A stretch of DNA of 40,418 bases, from the NCBI GenBank assembly GCA_021371805.1, contig JAJFVM010000240.1:1-40418 (forward strand), in the 5' to 3' direction. The notes under the pieces were generated by a model. The model saw only the letters and a list, made by a program, of their open reading frames with translations, did no database searches and was not told the DNA's origin. Below are positions 8,263 to 19,145 of the stretch, piece after piece (position 1 is the stretch's first letter; the number at the start of each line of letters is the position of its first letter). Origin of the DNA: a bacterium (GTDB lineage: Bacteria; Actinomycetota; Humimicrobiia; Humimicrobiales; Humimicrobiaceae). The position numbers and the translations under genes are program-made.

Positions 8263-9303
8263 TCAATATTCTGATTTGTATTTTCGCGTCATTAATATTT
8301 TTACTGAATTTAAAGGATCAGCATTTTTATACAATACTTCATAAACACATCTTGTAATAGGAAGTTCCATATTTAATTTTACAGACATATCGTAAACAGC
8401 TTTTGTGGTTGTAACACCTTCTGCAATGGTGTACATATTTCCTACTATATCTTTCAACTTCTCACCTTTTGCAATTCTTTCTCCGACTGTCCTGTTCCTA
8501 CTGTTCGGACTAATACATGTAGCAACCAAATCACCCATACCTGCAGCCCCTGAAAATGTAGCTGTTTTTGCCCCAAATTTCATTCCAAATTTTGTAAGTT
8601 CATATAATCCTCTTGTTATAAGCGATGCTTTTGTATTTGAACCAAAACCAAGGCCATCTGAAATTCCTGAAGCAATGGCAATTATATTTTTTACAGCTCC
8701 GCAGATTTCAACTCCTGCCAGATCATCATTGGTATATACTCTAAAATATTCCGTAGATAAAATTGGCTGCAGATATTTTACAACCTTATTATTATAAGAC
8801 GCTATGGTTGAAACACTGGGTAATTTTTTTATTATTTCAGAGGAGATATTAGGACCGGATAATGTTGAAATTTTAGAATTTAATTTTTCCGGTAATATTT
8901 CGGATAAAACCTGTGACATTCTTAAATTAGTTTTAGGTTCAATACCTTTGGCTGCATTAACAACTGCTTTAATATTTTTGGACAATTTATTTAATAATTC
9001 TCTGAAACCGGTTGATACACTTCTTAAATATTCGGAAGGTACAACAAAAATGATGATGTCAAAACTCAGATTTTTATCTATAATATGATTCTTATCGGAG
9101 TCTCCAAAGGCATGAATGTTGCCTGGAAGAAATATATTTCCTGTATATCTGGAATTTTTCTTATTGTCATTTATATCTTTTATGACTTCATCTTCTTTTG
9201 ACCAGATTTTGATATCATAACCTTTTTGAGCAAGCATTAAAGCCAATGTTGTGCCCCAGCTGCCTGCGCCAATTATTAAAATCCTTATTGTTTCACCTGT
9301 CAT
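8263..9303 (-). CDS. gpsA: NAD(P)H-dependent glycerol-3-phosphate dehydrogenase
   Basis: 346 aa. IIGAGSWGTTLA Rossmann motif and GAVKNIIAIASGISDGLGFG signature. Canonical position downstream of der. Confidence 0.92.
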   Translation of the reverse strand: MTGETIRILIIGAGSWGTTLALMLAQKGYDIKIWSKEDEVIKDINDNKKNSRYTGNIFLPGNIHAFGDSDKNHIIDKNLSFDIIIFVVPSEYLRSVSTGFRELLNKLSKNIKAVVNAAKGIEPKTNLRMSQVLSEILPEKLNSKISTLSGPNISSEIIKKLPSVSTIASYNNKVVKYLQPILSTEYFRVYTNDDLAGVEICGAVKNIIAIASGISDGLGFGSNTKASLITRGLYELTKFGMKFGAKTATFSGAAGMGDLVATCISPNSRNRTVGERIAKGEKLKDIVGNMYTIAEGVTTTKAVYDMSVKLNMELPITRCVYEVLYKNADPLNSVKILMTRKYKSEY

Positions 9304-9330
9304 TTAATATTTTGATTACTTTAATTTTAT

Positions 9331-10641
9331 TTAATATTTAAATTTAAAATTGATAGGAGTTCCTTTGAAACTAAAATTTTCCCTTATTGTTTTTTCAATA
9401 AAATTTTTAATGTTTGTATTTTTAGAAATATCCATATTCGAAAATACTATAAAATAAGGCGGATTAGACCCTATTTGTTTAATGAATTTTAATTTATATT
9501 TTTTGCTGTCTTTATATATAAAACTTTTTTCCTCTTTTTCCTTAAACACCACCATTAAATTATTCTCATTTACAGATTTTGACCTTTCGGATAACACCAG
9601 GTCAATATATTTAAAAACATCTGCAATTCCTTCTCTGGTAAAAGCACTTACCTTTAAAAATGGAATATAATTTGCAAAGCGGAGTTTTTTTTCAAACTGT
9701 TTAAGATTATTATCAATTTCTTCAGCCGTTGCCTTATCTGTTTTGCTGAAAATAACTATGACACTGGTGCCGCTCTTCAGGCAGGTGTCTACAATATTAA
9801 TATCCTGTCTTGAAAGTTCCTTAGTGCTGTCTATCAGAACCAAACCGATATCGGATTTTTCGATTGCCTTGATTGTTCTCAATTTACTGTAGTATTCTAA
9901 ATCTTCTTCTACAATCTTGTCTTTTTTTAAACCCGAGGTATCTATGAATCTGTACTTATTATTATTGAATTCCAGGATACTGTCTATGGTATCTCTTGTT
10001 GTCCCTTCCATGTCATTTACAATTACTCTTTCTTCGTTAATGAGAGTATTGAACAAAGTTGACTTGCCGACATTAGGTTTCCCTAAAATTGAAATGCTTG
10101 GAATATTTTCTTCTTCAGCTTCTGTTATACTATTATTAAAGTTCATATTTTGAACTATTTCATCAAGTAAATCGCCTATTCCAATCCCATGCATAGCAGA
10201 AATTTTTATCGGATATCCGAAACCGAGCTTAAGATAATCTTCAATAAAATAATCTCCTCTATCAGAGTCCCACTTATTGCCTGCAAAAATTATTTTCTTA
10301 TCTGTTTTTCTGATAAGCGCCGCAACATCTTCATCCCCACTTGATAAAGATTCTCTTAAATTAATAAGAAAAACAATCAAATCCGACTCATCTATGGCTT
10401 TTTTAGACTGTAAAAGTATCTGCATGGATAACTTGTCGCCAGGTTTAAAATCAATCCCTCCCGTATCCAGGATGTAAAAATTCCGGCCGTTCCAGTCTGC
10501 TTTATAATACTTTCTGTCTCTTGTAATCATAGGTTCTTCATGAACAATGGCATCCCTGCTTATACATATTCTGTTTATAAGCGTTGATTTACCTATATTT
10601 GGTTTTCCTATTACCGAAACAACAGTCAAACCGTCTTTCAT
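9331..10641 (-). CDS. der: ribosome biogenesis GTPase Der (EngA)
   Basis: 436 aa with two tandem GTPase domains (GKPNIGKST...DTGG and GKPNVGKST...DTSG) plus a KH-like C-terminus. Confidence 0.93.
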   Translation of the reverse strand: MKDGLTVVSVIGKPNIGKSTLINRICISRDAIVHEEPMITRDRKYYKADWNGRNFYILDTGGIDFKPGDKLSMQILLQSKKAIDESDLIVFLINLRESLSSGDEDVAALIRKTDKKIIFAGNKWDSDRGDYFIEDYLKLGFGYPIKISAMHGIGIGDLLDEIVQNMNFNNSITEAEEENIPSISILGKPNVGKSTLFNTLINEERVIVNDMEGTTRDTIDSILEFNNNKYRFIDTSGLKKDKIVEEDLEYYSKLRTIKAIEKSDIGLVLIDSTKELSRQDINIVDTCLKSGTSVIVIFSKTDKATAEEIDNNLKQFEKKLRFANYIPFLKVSAFTREGIADVFKYIDLVLSERSKSVNENNLMVVFKEKEEKSFIYKDSKKYKLKFIKQIGSNPPYFIVFSNMDISKNTNIKNFIEKTIRENFSFKGTPINFKFKY

Positions 10642-11810
10642 ATATTAAATATCTCCTTTAAAAGTGATTTTCCATCAGGATTAACAAATTTTATATTTGC
10701 ACATATATCTTTAAAATCTTTTTCCGTTTTATTATCCAGAGTTAATCCTTCATTGTTAAATATGTTATTTGAAATTAATATTTTATCATAAGTATTGATT
10801 TCTTTTTGCTTAAAAACGGTATTATTATTGAAGGTGTTTATAAAATCATAGTAGGTTAAAAGTCCTGCAACTTTTACATTTCCTCCTAAAAATTTATTTT
10901 TAACATCTTCAACCTTAATGTTTAAGTTTAAATCTAAGTTATTTTCGTTGATGAATGCTTTAATAGCACCTGCACAACCGCTCATTGTTTCATAAAAATA
11001 CTCGGAAGTTAATATAAGGATATTTTTTTTCATATTTTTATTGTTGTTTTCATAATCATAAATATTTTTCAGGGGCTCATCAGAGTATGTTAATTTATTT
11101 TCTTCGAAAATATTTTTCTTCTTTTTATTGGCATTCATAAAAAAAGTATTAATGTCATGAATGAAGTTTCTGCAAAGCCCCACTCCGTTTTCTATCTGGG
11201 GAAAACTTCCATAAAATTCATATTCAGGAAAATTAATTTTTGCCATTATATAAAATTCGTCAGATAAAAAAATATTATTTTTACGCTTCTTTTCTTTATA
11301 TTTGTCAATAGATTCAATAAGCTTCATGGAATTTTCTTCATTAAAAGAAATAATATCCGGATTCTTATTAAACTTAGTAATACCTACCGGAACAATACCT
11401 GTCGAAAAAATATTTTTAAGATTGATATCTAAAAAATCCAGGGTATTTATAAGATCGCCATTATCATTTATTCCGGGACAAAGCACAATCTGTATATTTG
11501 TTTTTATGTTTTCCGAGTCAAGAATTTTTAAAAGCTCAATTGATTTACTTTGTTTCTCCGTGCCGAAAATGTATTTTCTTATTTTCTCGTCTGCACTGTG
11601 AAATGAAACATACAATGGCGAGAGGCTGTATTTTATTATATTATCGATATCTTTTTTATTTAAATTTGTCAGAGTTATAAAATTACCATGCTTAAATGAC
11701 TCCAGAAAATCATCATCTTTTATATATAATGAAGATCTTAAGTTTTCGGGAAGCTGATCTATAAAACAAAAAATACACTTGTTTTTACATTTTTTAATTT
11801 TTTCAATCAT
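10638..11810 (-). CDS. DUF512 / radical-SAM-like protein
   Basis: 390 aa. N-terminal CX3CX2C (CKNKCIFC) followed by DUF512-like sequence. Overlaps der by 4 nt, the usual partner position. Appears to lack the PDZ domain many homologues carry. Confidence 0.7.
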   Translation of the reverse strand: MIEKIKKCKNKCIFCFIDQLPENLRSSLYIKDDDFLESFKHGNFITLTNLNKKDIDNIIKYSLSPLYVSFHSADEKIRKYIFGTEKQSKSIELLKILDSENIKTNIQIVLCPGINDNGDLINTLDFLDINLKNIFSTGIVPVGITKFNKNPDIISFNEENSMKLIESIDKYKEKKRKNNIFLSDEFYIMAKINFPEYEFYGSFPQIENGVGLCRNFIHDINTFFMNANKKKKNIFEENKLTYSDEPLKNIYDYENNNKNMKKNILILTSEYFYETMSGCAGAIKAFINENNLDLNLNIKVEDVKNKFLGGNVKVAGLLTYYDFINTFNNNTVFKQKEINTYDKILISNNIFNNEGLTLDNKTEKDFKDICANIKFVNPDGKSLLKEIFNI

Positions 11811-11936
11811 AGGTTATTTGCTTATATCTATTAAAATCAATTAAAAAATTTTATACATTATATCCGATTGAACGGTTCACCGATCTTAGTAGGAACATCC
11901 TAAGTAAATCATTGGAATCACAATAAAGACAGTATA

Positions 11937-12785
11937 TTAGAATGACTCGATAATTTCTCTGATTTCATTAATATCTTCATGAGGAGTTGAGGAACCTCCG
12001 CTTATTCCTGCCAGTTTCAAATTTTTAAACCATTCTCTTTCTAAATCATCCGCACTCTCTATGTGATAAGTACGAGCTTGTATATTCTTGGAAATTTCCG
12101 CCAGATGAGTTGTGTTTGCGCTGTTTTTTCCTCCCACTATAATCATAATATCAACTTTTCCGGCAAGTTCAGCAACTTCATTTTGTCTTAATTCGGCAGT
12201 TTTGCAGGTAGTGTTTATTATTAAAACTTCATCTTTTATTTTGCCTGCAATCTCCTTTGAAATAAGCTTAAAATTTTCCTCTGTCCGAGTTGTTTGTGAT
12301 AATAGCGCAATCTTTTTTTGCGGACTTATTTTTGCTGATTCTTCAACAGAATCAACAATCACATAATTTTCATTGTTTATATTGCCTTTTATTCCTATTA
12401 CTTCAGGATGATTCTTATCCCCTATCAATACAATATAATATCCTTTGCTGCTTAAATCTTTTGCAAGTTTATGGACTTTTAATACAAAGGGACATGTTGC
12501 ATCAAATGTTTTTACTTTTTTCTCTTTAAGAAAATCCATAACTTGCGGTGTAACACCGTGAGACCTTATTACTATACTATCTCCAGGTTTTAACAAATTA
12601 ATGTCATTAAGAGGGTAAGCCCCCTTTCTTTTATAACTTTCAATAACTTTTGGATTGTGAATTAGGGGACCCATAGTATAAATATTATTTCCCGCTCTAT
12701 TTTCTTTTATTACGGTATCTAAGGTTTTTATTGCCCTTGTTACGCCAGTGCAATAACCGGCATATCTGCTTGTTATTATATCCAT
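11937..12785 (-). CDS. ispH: 4-hydroxy-3-methylbut-2-enyl diphosphate reductase
   Basis: 282 aa. Motifs GYCTGV, GPLIHNP, ATCPFV, NTTC and GGKNSANT, including the three cluster cysteines. Confidence 0.92.
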   Translation of the reverse strand: MDIITSRYAGYCTGVTRAIKTLDTVIKENRAGNNIYTMGPLIHNPKVIESYKRKGAYPLNDINLLKPGDSIVIRSHGVTPQVMDFLKEKKVKTFDATCPFVLKVHKLAKDLSSKGYYIVLIGDKNHPEVIGIKGNINNENYVIVDSVEESAKISPQKKIALLSQTTRTEENFKLISKEIAGKIKDEVLIINTTCKTAELRQNEVAELAGKVDIMIIVGGKNSANTTHLAEISKNIQARTYHIESADDLEREWFKNLKLAGISGGSSTPHEDINEIREIIESF

Positions 12786-12859
12786 TTCATCAAACCTTAA
12801 TTCGTATTTTATTTATCAAAATTTTATAAAAATAAATATCTTAAAGAAACGCTAAATTT

Positions 12860-12887
12860 ATTATACATGACTTGTTGCTATCCGTAA
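12860..12887 (-). promoter_or_regulatory. candidate sigma-70-type promoter for ispH (TTACGG-16 nt-TATAAT)
   Basis: Minus strand reads TTACGG atagcaacaagtcatg TATAAT, about 75 nt upstream of the ispH ATG. This is a sequence match only, in an AT-rich background where such matches arise by chance. Confidence 0.3.
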
Positions 12888-12932
12888 TAAACTTAAGGGC
12901 CATTTGAAACATTAATTAATTAAAATGGTTTT

Positions 12933-13586
12933 TTATTTAAGTTTGGAATAAAGTTCTTTTATATTATCCATAACGGTATCGGAAATTTTTTCCACTGCTT
13001 CTTTTTTTGAATAATTGGAAATTATCTCATCGGTATCGATAAGCTCCCCAAAAATAATTTTAATTTTCAAAAACAAATTTTTCCTATTTTTTTCACGTGA
13101 AACTTTTTTTGAATTATAAATAGCTATGGGCAGTATTGATGCATGACTCAGATATGCAATTAAACCAATACCTTTCCTGATCTCACCCAGTTCACCGCTG
13201 TCTGAGCGTGTACCTTCCGGGAAAATACCGAAAACATTTCCTGATTTTAGAACTTTTACAGCATTATTTATAGGATTTCTTCCGAAACCCGTTCTGTCTA
13301 TGGGAAATGAATTAAAAAATCCGAAAAACGATCTTAAGAATCTATTTCTGAATAATTCAATCTTTGATATAAAATAAATGGGCCTTGGAAAATATGCGCA
13401 TATCACTATAGGATCAAGCGAACTTGTGTGGTTTGAACACAGTATTAAGCCCCCGTTCATATTCAAATAGGGGCTCTTGCCGTTAATTACTTCCACTCTG
13501 TAAATTAATCTCAAAAACGGTATGGCAAAACGCTGAAGACATCTGTAAAATATTAAATATCCTTTTGATCTGTGTAGTGTAAACAT
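12933..13586 (-). CDS. plsC: 1-acyl-sn-glycerol-3-phosphate acyltransferase
   Basis: 217 aa. HX4D motif NHTSSLDP and FPEGTRS motif. Confidence 0.85.
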   Translation of the reverse strand: MFTLHRSKGYLIFYRCLQRFAIPFLRLIYRVEVINGKSPYLNMNGGLILCSNHTSSLDPIVICAYFPRPIYFISKIELFRNRFLRSFFGFFNSFPIDRTGFGRNPINNAVKVLKSGNVFGIFPEGTRSDSGELGEIRKGIGLIAYLSHASILPIAIYNSKKVSREKNRKNLFLKIKIIFGELIDTDEIISNYSKKEAVEKISDTVMDNIKELYSKLK

Positions 13587-13604
13587 AATAAAACTAATAA
13601 TTAT

Positions 13605-14294
13605 TTAAGTTTCTTTTATTTTTTCATGGTATATATTTTTAATTAAATTAAACTCTTCTTCAATCGTCATACGGGTTGTATCTATTACCGTTGAGCCATC
13701 CGGTATAATTAAAGGACTGTCATTTCTGCTGCTGTCAATTTTATCCCGGTTTTCTATTTCGCATTTTATCTGTTCCTTTAATGAAGATTGATTGTTCTCA
13801 CAAAGCTGCTTTTCCCTTCTTTTTACTCTTTCTTCTATATTTGCCGTTAAATATATTTTGCATATTGCATCAGGACAAACTACGCTGCCGGTATCTCTCC
13901 CCTCAAGAACAGACGGATTATTTGATGCCATTTTTTTTTGTAGTTCTACCAGATATTTTCTTACTCCGGATAGTTTTGATACTATGGAAACAGCTTCTCC
14001 GACTTTTTTGCTTCTTATGTCAAGAGATATGTCCCTGCCATTTAATAAAACTTTTGTGTATCTGCTTTCATCGGCGACGTTATTATCAAATTTTAAATCC
14101 GATTTTTTTGCGATTCTCAATATCGATTCTTCATCATTTAAATCTATATTGTTTTCAAGTGCAAGCAATGTCAATGTCCTGTACATAGACCCTGTATCTA
14201 TATATATAAGTCCCAATTTTTTTGCAAGCAACTTTGCAATCGTACTTTTACCGCTTCCGGCAGGTCCGTCAATTGTTATTATTTTATTTTTCAT
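13605..14294 (-). CDS. cmk: cytidylate kinase
   Basis: 229 aa. P-loop ITIDGPAGSGKST and typical Cmk layout. Confidence 0.92.
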   Translation of the reverse strand: MKNKIITIDGPAGSGKSTIAKLLAKKLGLIYIDTGSMYRTLTLLALENNIDLNDEESILRIAKKSDLKFDNNVADESRYTKVLLNGRDISLDIRSKKVGEAVSIVSKLSGVRKYLVELQKKMASNNPSVLEGRDTGSVVCPDAICKIYLTANIEERVKRREKQLCENNQSSLKEQIKCEIENRDKIDSSRNDSPLIIPDGSTVIDTTRMTIEEEFNLIKNIYHEKIKET

Positions 14295-14437
14295 TTTGTT
14301 ACTACTTTATTTTTTATATTGTTATTTTTCATGTTTCTAAGTTAAAAATTTAAAACTATAATTATAGGCTTAAAGTTTATTCATAAATACGAAATATATT
14401 TCATAATCAACAAGCCCTTGTAAAAAAATATAAAAAA

Positions 14438-15730
14438 TCATCTCGATACCAAATTAAACAATTTGCTTTCAAATTCGGGAAATGAGGTATTGATACATTT
14501 CGTGTTGTTGATTCTGACTTTGCAATTTCCTTTTAAAGCCATCACGGCAAGGGACATTGCAATTCTATGGTCTCCATAGCTTTTTAAATTTGCGGATTTG
14601 ATTTTAGTATTTGGATTTCCATAAATTTCAAGACCATCAGGGTATTCATGTACTTTTATACCTGCTTTTTTGAATTCATTGAAGATGGTTTTTATTCTGT
14701 CACTTTCTTTCAGTCTTAATTCCTTTGCTCCCCTGATTATGGTTATGCCTTCCGCAAAAGCTGCCGCAACACTTAAAATAGGGATCTCGTCTATTATATT
14801 CGGGATAACGCCTTCTTTAATATTTATTGATTTTAAATTACTCGAAGATGCCGTTATGTCTGCAATTTTTTCATTATTTTTTGTTCTTTCATTTTTTATT
14901 TCAATATTTGCATCCATTTCTTTTAAAATGTTCAGCAGATAAGATCTTGTAGGATTTATACCTACATTTTTAATAATTATTTTTGAATTTTTAAGAATCA
15001 AACCGGCTATAATAAAAAAGGCAGCCGAAGAAAAATCCCCGGGAACAAATATATCTTTTCCCTTCAAATCTTTTCCTGGAATAATTTTTGTATATTTTCC
15101 GTCAAATATAATTTCTGAACCAAAATATTCAAGCATTCTTTCGGTATGATCCCTTGAAATTTCCGGTTGTATTATCTCAGTCGGGCCTTCGGCAAATAAT
15201 GCCGCAATTGAAAGACATGATTTTACTTGTGCGCTTGAAACATTAATCTCGTGTTTTATTCCCTTCAATTTGTTTCCGCCAAAAATAACCAGAGGCGCTT
15301 TTTTGTTTCCATCTCTGCCATAAATTCTTGCACCCATTGCAGTAAGAGGTCTGATTATTCTATCCATGGGTCTGTTATTTACCGATTCGTCGCCGCTGAT
15401 TATTGACATAAAATTACATCCGCAAAGAAGCCCGCTTAACAATCTGATGGAAGTGCCTGAATTTCCGGCGTATAAAATATCATCAGGTTCGATAAAACCG
15501 GATACCCCATGCCCCTCGATCAAGATGCTGTCCTTGTTTATAATATATTTAACACCTATTTTTTTTAATATTTTAAGTGTATTCAAACAATCCTGGGAAA
15601 ATAAAAAATTATCAATTTGAACTTTCTCTTTCGTAATTGATGAAAGAATTATGCTCCTATGTGAGATTGATTTATCTCCGGGAACCTCTACGGAACCGTT
15701 AATAGTATATGGGCCGCAAATTTCAAACAT
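14438..15730 (-). CDS. aroA: 3-phosphoshikimate 1-carboxyvinyltransferase (EPSP synthase)
   Basis: 430 aa. Motifs GDKSISHR, AGNSGTSIRLLSG and LRLKESDRI. Confidence 0.93.
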   Translation of the reverse strand: MFEICGPYTINGSVEVPGDKSISHRSIILSSITKEKVQIDNFLFSQDCLNTLKILKKIGVKYIINKDSILIEGHGVSGFIEPDDILYAGNSGTSIRLLSGLLCGCNFMSIISGDESVNNRPMDRIIRPLTAMGARIYGRDGNKKAPLVIFGGNKLKGIKHEINVSSAQVKSCLSIAALFAEGPTEIIQPEISRDHTERMLEYFGSEIIFDGKYTKIIPGKDLKGKDIFVPGDFSSAAFFIIAGLILKNSKIIIKNVGINPTRSYLLNILKEMDANIEIKNERTKNNEKIADITASSSNLKSINIKEGVIPNIIDEIPILSVAAAFAEGITIIRGAKELRLKESDRIKTIFNEFKKAGIKVHEYPDGLEIYGNPNTKIKSANLKSYGDHRIAMSLAVMALKGNCKVRINNTKCINTSFPEFESKLFNLVSR

Positions 15731-15732
15731 TT

Positions 15733-16860
15733 TTAGTCCTCTTCTCCGATTACTTTCTTAACAATAACCTCATATCCCAGGTTTTCCAGAGCATTCCTGG
15801 AAATTGTACCTGCATTTTCGCCATGAACCAGAATTTTCAATATGCCTCCGCCAAGTACTTCGGTTGAGTGGAAAATAGATATGTCCTCAATATTTACACC
15901 TGAGGAGCTTATTGCCAGAGTGATCTCACTTAAAACACCTGGCTTATCATGAATTCCTATTTTTAATTCATACAGCTTGGATATATCCTTATCGATAAAC
16001 TTGGGCAGGTTAAGTCTTGCTTCTTTTGCCTGCAGATAATGATTTTTTATATATTCTTCATTCCCATTTACCAGATTTTCTTTAAATCTGTTTAAATAAA
16101 AAATATATTCATTTAAGGCATTTATAATTTCTTTTTTGTTTTCAAAGCTTATGTCTATCCACATTTTAGGATTTGAAGCAGCAATCCTTGTCATATCCCT
16201 GAAACCACCGGCACACAACTTAAATAAATTCTTCAATTCTTTTTGCCTATCGTCAACTAAAGCAACCAGATTTGTCGAAAGAATATGAGGGAGATGACTT
16301 ATGAGGGCAACCACCTTATCATGTTCCTTAGGCGAAATAGTAATTACTTTTGCCCCAATTTTTGTAAATAATGTATGAAGGGCTACCAACGCTTCGGCTC
16401 TTATATTATCTGTTGGAGTTAAAATATAAAATATATTTGTAAACAGATCATTGCGTGCACTTAATACCCCGTCATTCTCAGAACCTGCCATCGGATGTCC
16501 TCCTATAAAGATTACATCTTTAGGCAGTATCCTGTTCATGCTTTCCACAATATTTTCTTTGGCGCTTCCCACATCTGTTATTATGGTCCCGCTTTTAAGG
16601 TTGCCCTTAATATTGTTTGCTACTTCTACTATAAACCTCACGGGAGTTGCTATAATTACCAGGTCAGCCTTTTTTACCGCATCCTTATAATCTGCTGCTG
16701 CTTTATCAATGATTTTCCTGTAAATGGCAATATCCATTGATTCCGATACGCTATCATATCCTGTTATTATAAAATCGTTACTTAGTTTTTTTAATGAAAG
16801 TGCCAGAGACCCACCTATTAATCCCAGACCTATAATTGTTACATTCTTTATATTTTTCAT
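15733..16860 (-). CDS. tyrA: prephenate dehydrogenase with C-terminal ACT domain
   Basis: 375 aa. IIGLGLIGGS Rossmann motif, GGHPMAGSE, and an ACT-like C-terminus. The stop is 2 nt from the aroA start. Confidence 0.88.
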   Translation of the reverse strand: MKNIKNVTIIGLGLIGGSLALSLKKLSNDFIITGYDSVSESMDIAIYRKIIDKAAADYKDAVKKADLVIIATPVRFIVEVANNIKGNLKSGTIITDVGSAKENIVESMNRILPKDVIFIGGHPMAGSENDGVLSARNDLFTNIFYILTPTDNIRAEALVALHTLFTKIGAKVITISPKEHDKVVALISHLPHILSTNLVALVDDRQKELKNLFKLCAGGFRDMTRIAASNPKMWIDISFENKKEIINALNEYIFYLNRFKENLVNGNEEYIKNHYLQAKEARLNLPKFIDKDISKLYELKIGIHDKPGVLSEITLAISSSGVNIEDISIFHSTEVLGGGILKILVHGENAGTISRNALENLGYEVIVKKVIGEED

Positions 16861-16997
16861 ACTATCTCAATTTCCGATACATTTTCTTTTTAGAATCAGT
16901 ACTTAAAATAAAAAATATTTAAATTACAATAAACACTATATAAAATAATAAAAAAAATAAAGTATAAAATTCATATGATTCCCTAGATAATAAGGAC

Positions 16998-17750
16998 TTA
17001 GATATTCTCAATCATCAATATTTTATCAATATCTGCTTGATTTAATACTTTAAACATTCCTTCCTTGATATCTCCAATGTCGTAATTGCCTATCCTTATT
17101 CTTTTTAAATCTAAAACTTCATATCCGAGACTTTTAAAAACACGCCTTATAATTCTTTTTCTTCCTTCATGAATGATAATTGTTGCCTTATTGCCATTTA
17201 AATCCCCGGATAACCGAATATTCCGGACATCGAATCTGACTCCATCGATAATTATACCTTTTTTAACTTTTTCAATATCGCTATTTGCCAATTTTAAATT
17301 TAAAATAATTTCATAGGTTTTAGGAATGTTAAATTTCGGATGTAAAATTTTATATGCAAAGTCACCGTCATTTGTCATTATAAGCAGCCCTCTGGAATTG
17401 TAATCCAGCCTTCCGACAGGATATATCCTGCTGCTTTCCTTAAAATCTTTTAAAAGTTCTAAGACTGTCTGTCTGTTGAAACTATCTTTCACCGTACATA
17501 AATATCCTGCCGGTTTATTTAACGCAATTATTATTTTTTTTTCGATATCCAGCTGTTTTCCATCATATTCGATAACATCATTTTCAGGATCAACTTTAAA
17601 ATACAATTGGTTTACAGTAGCTCCGTTAACTTTTACATGCTCTTCCAGAACCAGAGTTTCACATTTCCTTCTTGAATTTATGCCGCATTCTGCCAAAAAT
17701 CTTGCAATCCTTATTTTATCCATATCAGAATACTGTTTTAATATAATCAA
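16998..17750 (-). CDS. rluB: pseudouridine synthase, RsuA/RluB family (S4 domain plus catalytic domain)
   Basis: 250 aa. S4 domain (RIARFLAECGINSRR) and catalytic GRLDYNSRGLL. The start may be the internal Met (MDKIRIARFL) at 17723. Confidence 0.88.
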   Translation of the reverse strand: MIILKQYSDMDKIRIARFLAECGINSRRKCETLVLEEHVKVNGATVNQLYFKVDPENDVIEYDGKQLDIEKKIIIALNKPAGYLCTVKDSFNRQTVLELLKDFKESSRIYPVGRLDYNSRGLLIMTNDGDFAYKILHPKFNIPKTYEIILNLKLANSDIEKVKKGIIIDGVRFDVRNIRLSGDLNGNKATIIIHEGRKRIIRRVFKSLGYEVLDLKRIRIGNYDIGDIKEGMFKVLNQADIDKILMIENI

Positions 17751-17791
17751 TAAATATATTAATTATATGATTTATTAATACGTTATTAATT

Positions 17792-18379
17792 TCACTCGTT
17801 TAATTTCAAAGGCGGCAGATTATCAATGCTGCCGATACCAAGAACTTCAAGAAATTTGCCGGTTGTCCTGTATATAATAGGATTGCCAGGTTCTTTTAAT
17901 CTACCCGATTCCTTTACGAGCCCCTTATTTACAAGACTTATTACTACGCTGTCAGTTTTTACTCCCCTTATTTCAGCAATTTGGGATCTTGTTACGGGTT
18001 GTTTATAAGCTATTATCGCAAGTGTTTCAAGTGCCGCCTGGGTGATATGAAATTTAATATTGGTATTTACGAACTCTTTTAAGACTTCATTTAAAGCAGG
18101 ATTGGAATATAACCTGTATCCCTCTCCTATTTTCCTTATTATAAACCCTTTTCCGGTTTCAAAATATTCTTTTTCCAGTTCCTTTATTATCTCTGTTATT
18201 AATTCAGGATCGGCATTTAAAACTCCGGCAATTTCTTTTGGACTTACGGGTGATTCTGCAATAAATAAAATTCCCTCAACGCAGGTTTTAAGCGGGGGTT
18301 TGCCTTTTAACAGATCGTCATATAGATCAAATGCAGTATCTGAGTTTGGTTGTATGTTTATGTCCTTTTCTTCCGTCAT
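17792..18379 (-). CDS. scpB: segregation and condensation protein B
   Basis: 195 aa. Two winged-helix repeats with typical ScpB sequence (EGILFIAESPVS, LETLAIIAYKQPVTRSQIAEIRGV). Confidence 0.88.
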   Translation of the reverse strand: MTEEKDINIQPNSDTAFDLYDDLLKGKPPLKTCVEGILFIAESPVSPKEIAGVLNADPELITEIIKELEKEYFETGKGFIIRKIGEGYRLYSNPALNEVLKEFVNTNIKFHITQAALETLAIIAYKQPVTRSQIAEIRGVKTDSVVISLVNKGLVKESGRLKEPGNPIIYRTTGKFLEVLGIGSIDNLPPLKLNE

Positions 18380-18386
18380 TCTTTAT

Positions 18387-19145
18387 TTAAGACGAATATT
18401 TTTTTATAAGTATTTCTCCGAAAAGCTCGAATTGTTCTATTTCAATAATTTCGTTTTTGTATAATTCAAGTATCGATAAAAAACATATTACGATATCTAT
18501 TAAATCACTGTAACTTCCGGTTAATTCTTTAAATGTAATGTTTTGCTTTTTATTTAATATATCTTTAATCCTGTCGATTTCCTGGAAAATTGTTTTTGCG
18601 ATTTTTTCTTTATAAAAGGATGTAATACTCATCTTTTCTTCTTTTGAAATCAAAAGCCCGGATGCCAGATTACATAAATCGGTAATTTTAATATTCTTAA
18701 ATATTTCAGGGAAAAATCCGAAAAACTGCTCCTCCAGTGGTGCTTCTCTTGTGTAGTAAATGCTTTCTTTTTCAATTAATTCCGAAAAATAATCAGAAAT
18801 TTCTCTAAAAGCTGTATACTCCTGCTCCCTTGCCTTTAATATTTCCAGATCAATATTTTCCTCAGAATTGTCATCAGGATCATTTTTGGAAGGTATTAAA
18901 GATTTTGCCTTAATCTCAACTAGCAGTGTGGCAACATAAAGAAAACCTGATAACTCTTCTAAAATTACTTCTTTGTTTTTTTTTATAAATTTTATAAAAT
19001 CCTTAATTATTAAGTTTAAACTGATTTCATAGATGCTTACTTTTTTTTTCTGGATTAATTCTGCCAGTACGCTTATCGGGCCTGTAAAATTATCTAATTC
19101 GATGCTGAAACTCGAGTTCCAGCCTATCTGGTAAACACTAGTCAA
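18387..19145 (-). CDS. scpA: segregation and condensation protein A
   Basis: 252 aa. N-terminal F.GPISVLAELIQKKKVSIYEISL motif. Lies upstream of scpB. Confidence 0.85.
   Translation of the reverse strand: MTSVYQIGWNSSFSIELDNFTGPISVLAELIQKKKVSIYEISLNLIIKDFIKFIKKNKEVILEELSGFLYVATLLVEIKAKSLIPSKNDPDDNSEENIDLEILKAREQEYTAFREISDYFSELIEKESIYYTREAPLEEQFFGFFPEIFKNIKITDLCNLASGLLISKEEKMSITSFYKEKIAKTIFQEIDRIKDILNKKQNITFKELTGSYSDLIDIVICFLSILELYKNEIIEIEQFELFGEILIKKYSS

Noticed and set aside
13575-13604. A dif-like sequence (TATTATGTTTACA on the minus strand) near the plsC start, considered because xerD is in the window.
   Set aside because: Only the right half resembles dif (ATTATGT.AA.). The left arm does not match, and part of the sequence is plsC coding sequence. 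This is chance similarity in AT-rich DNA.
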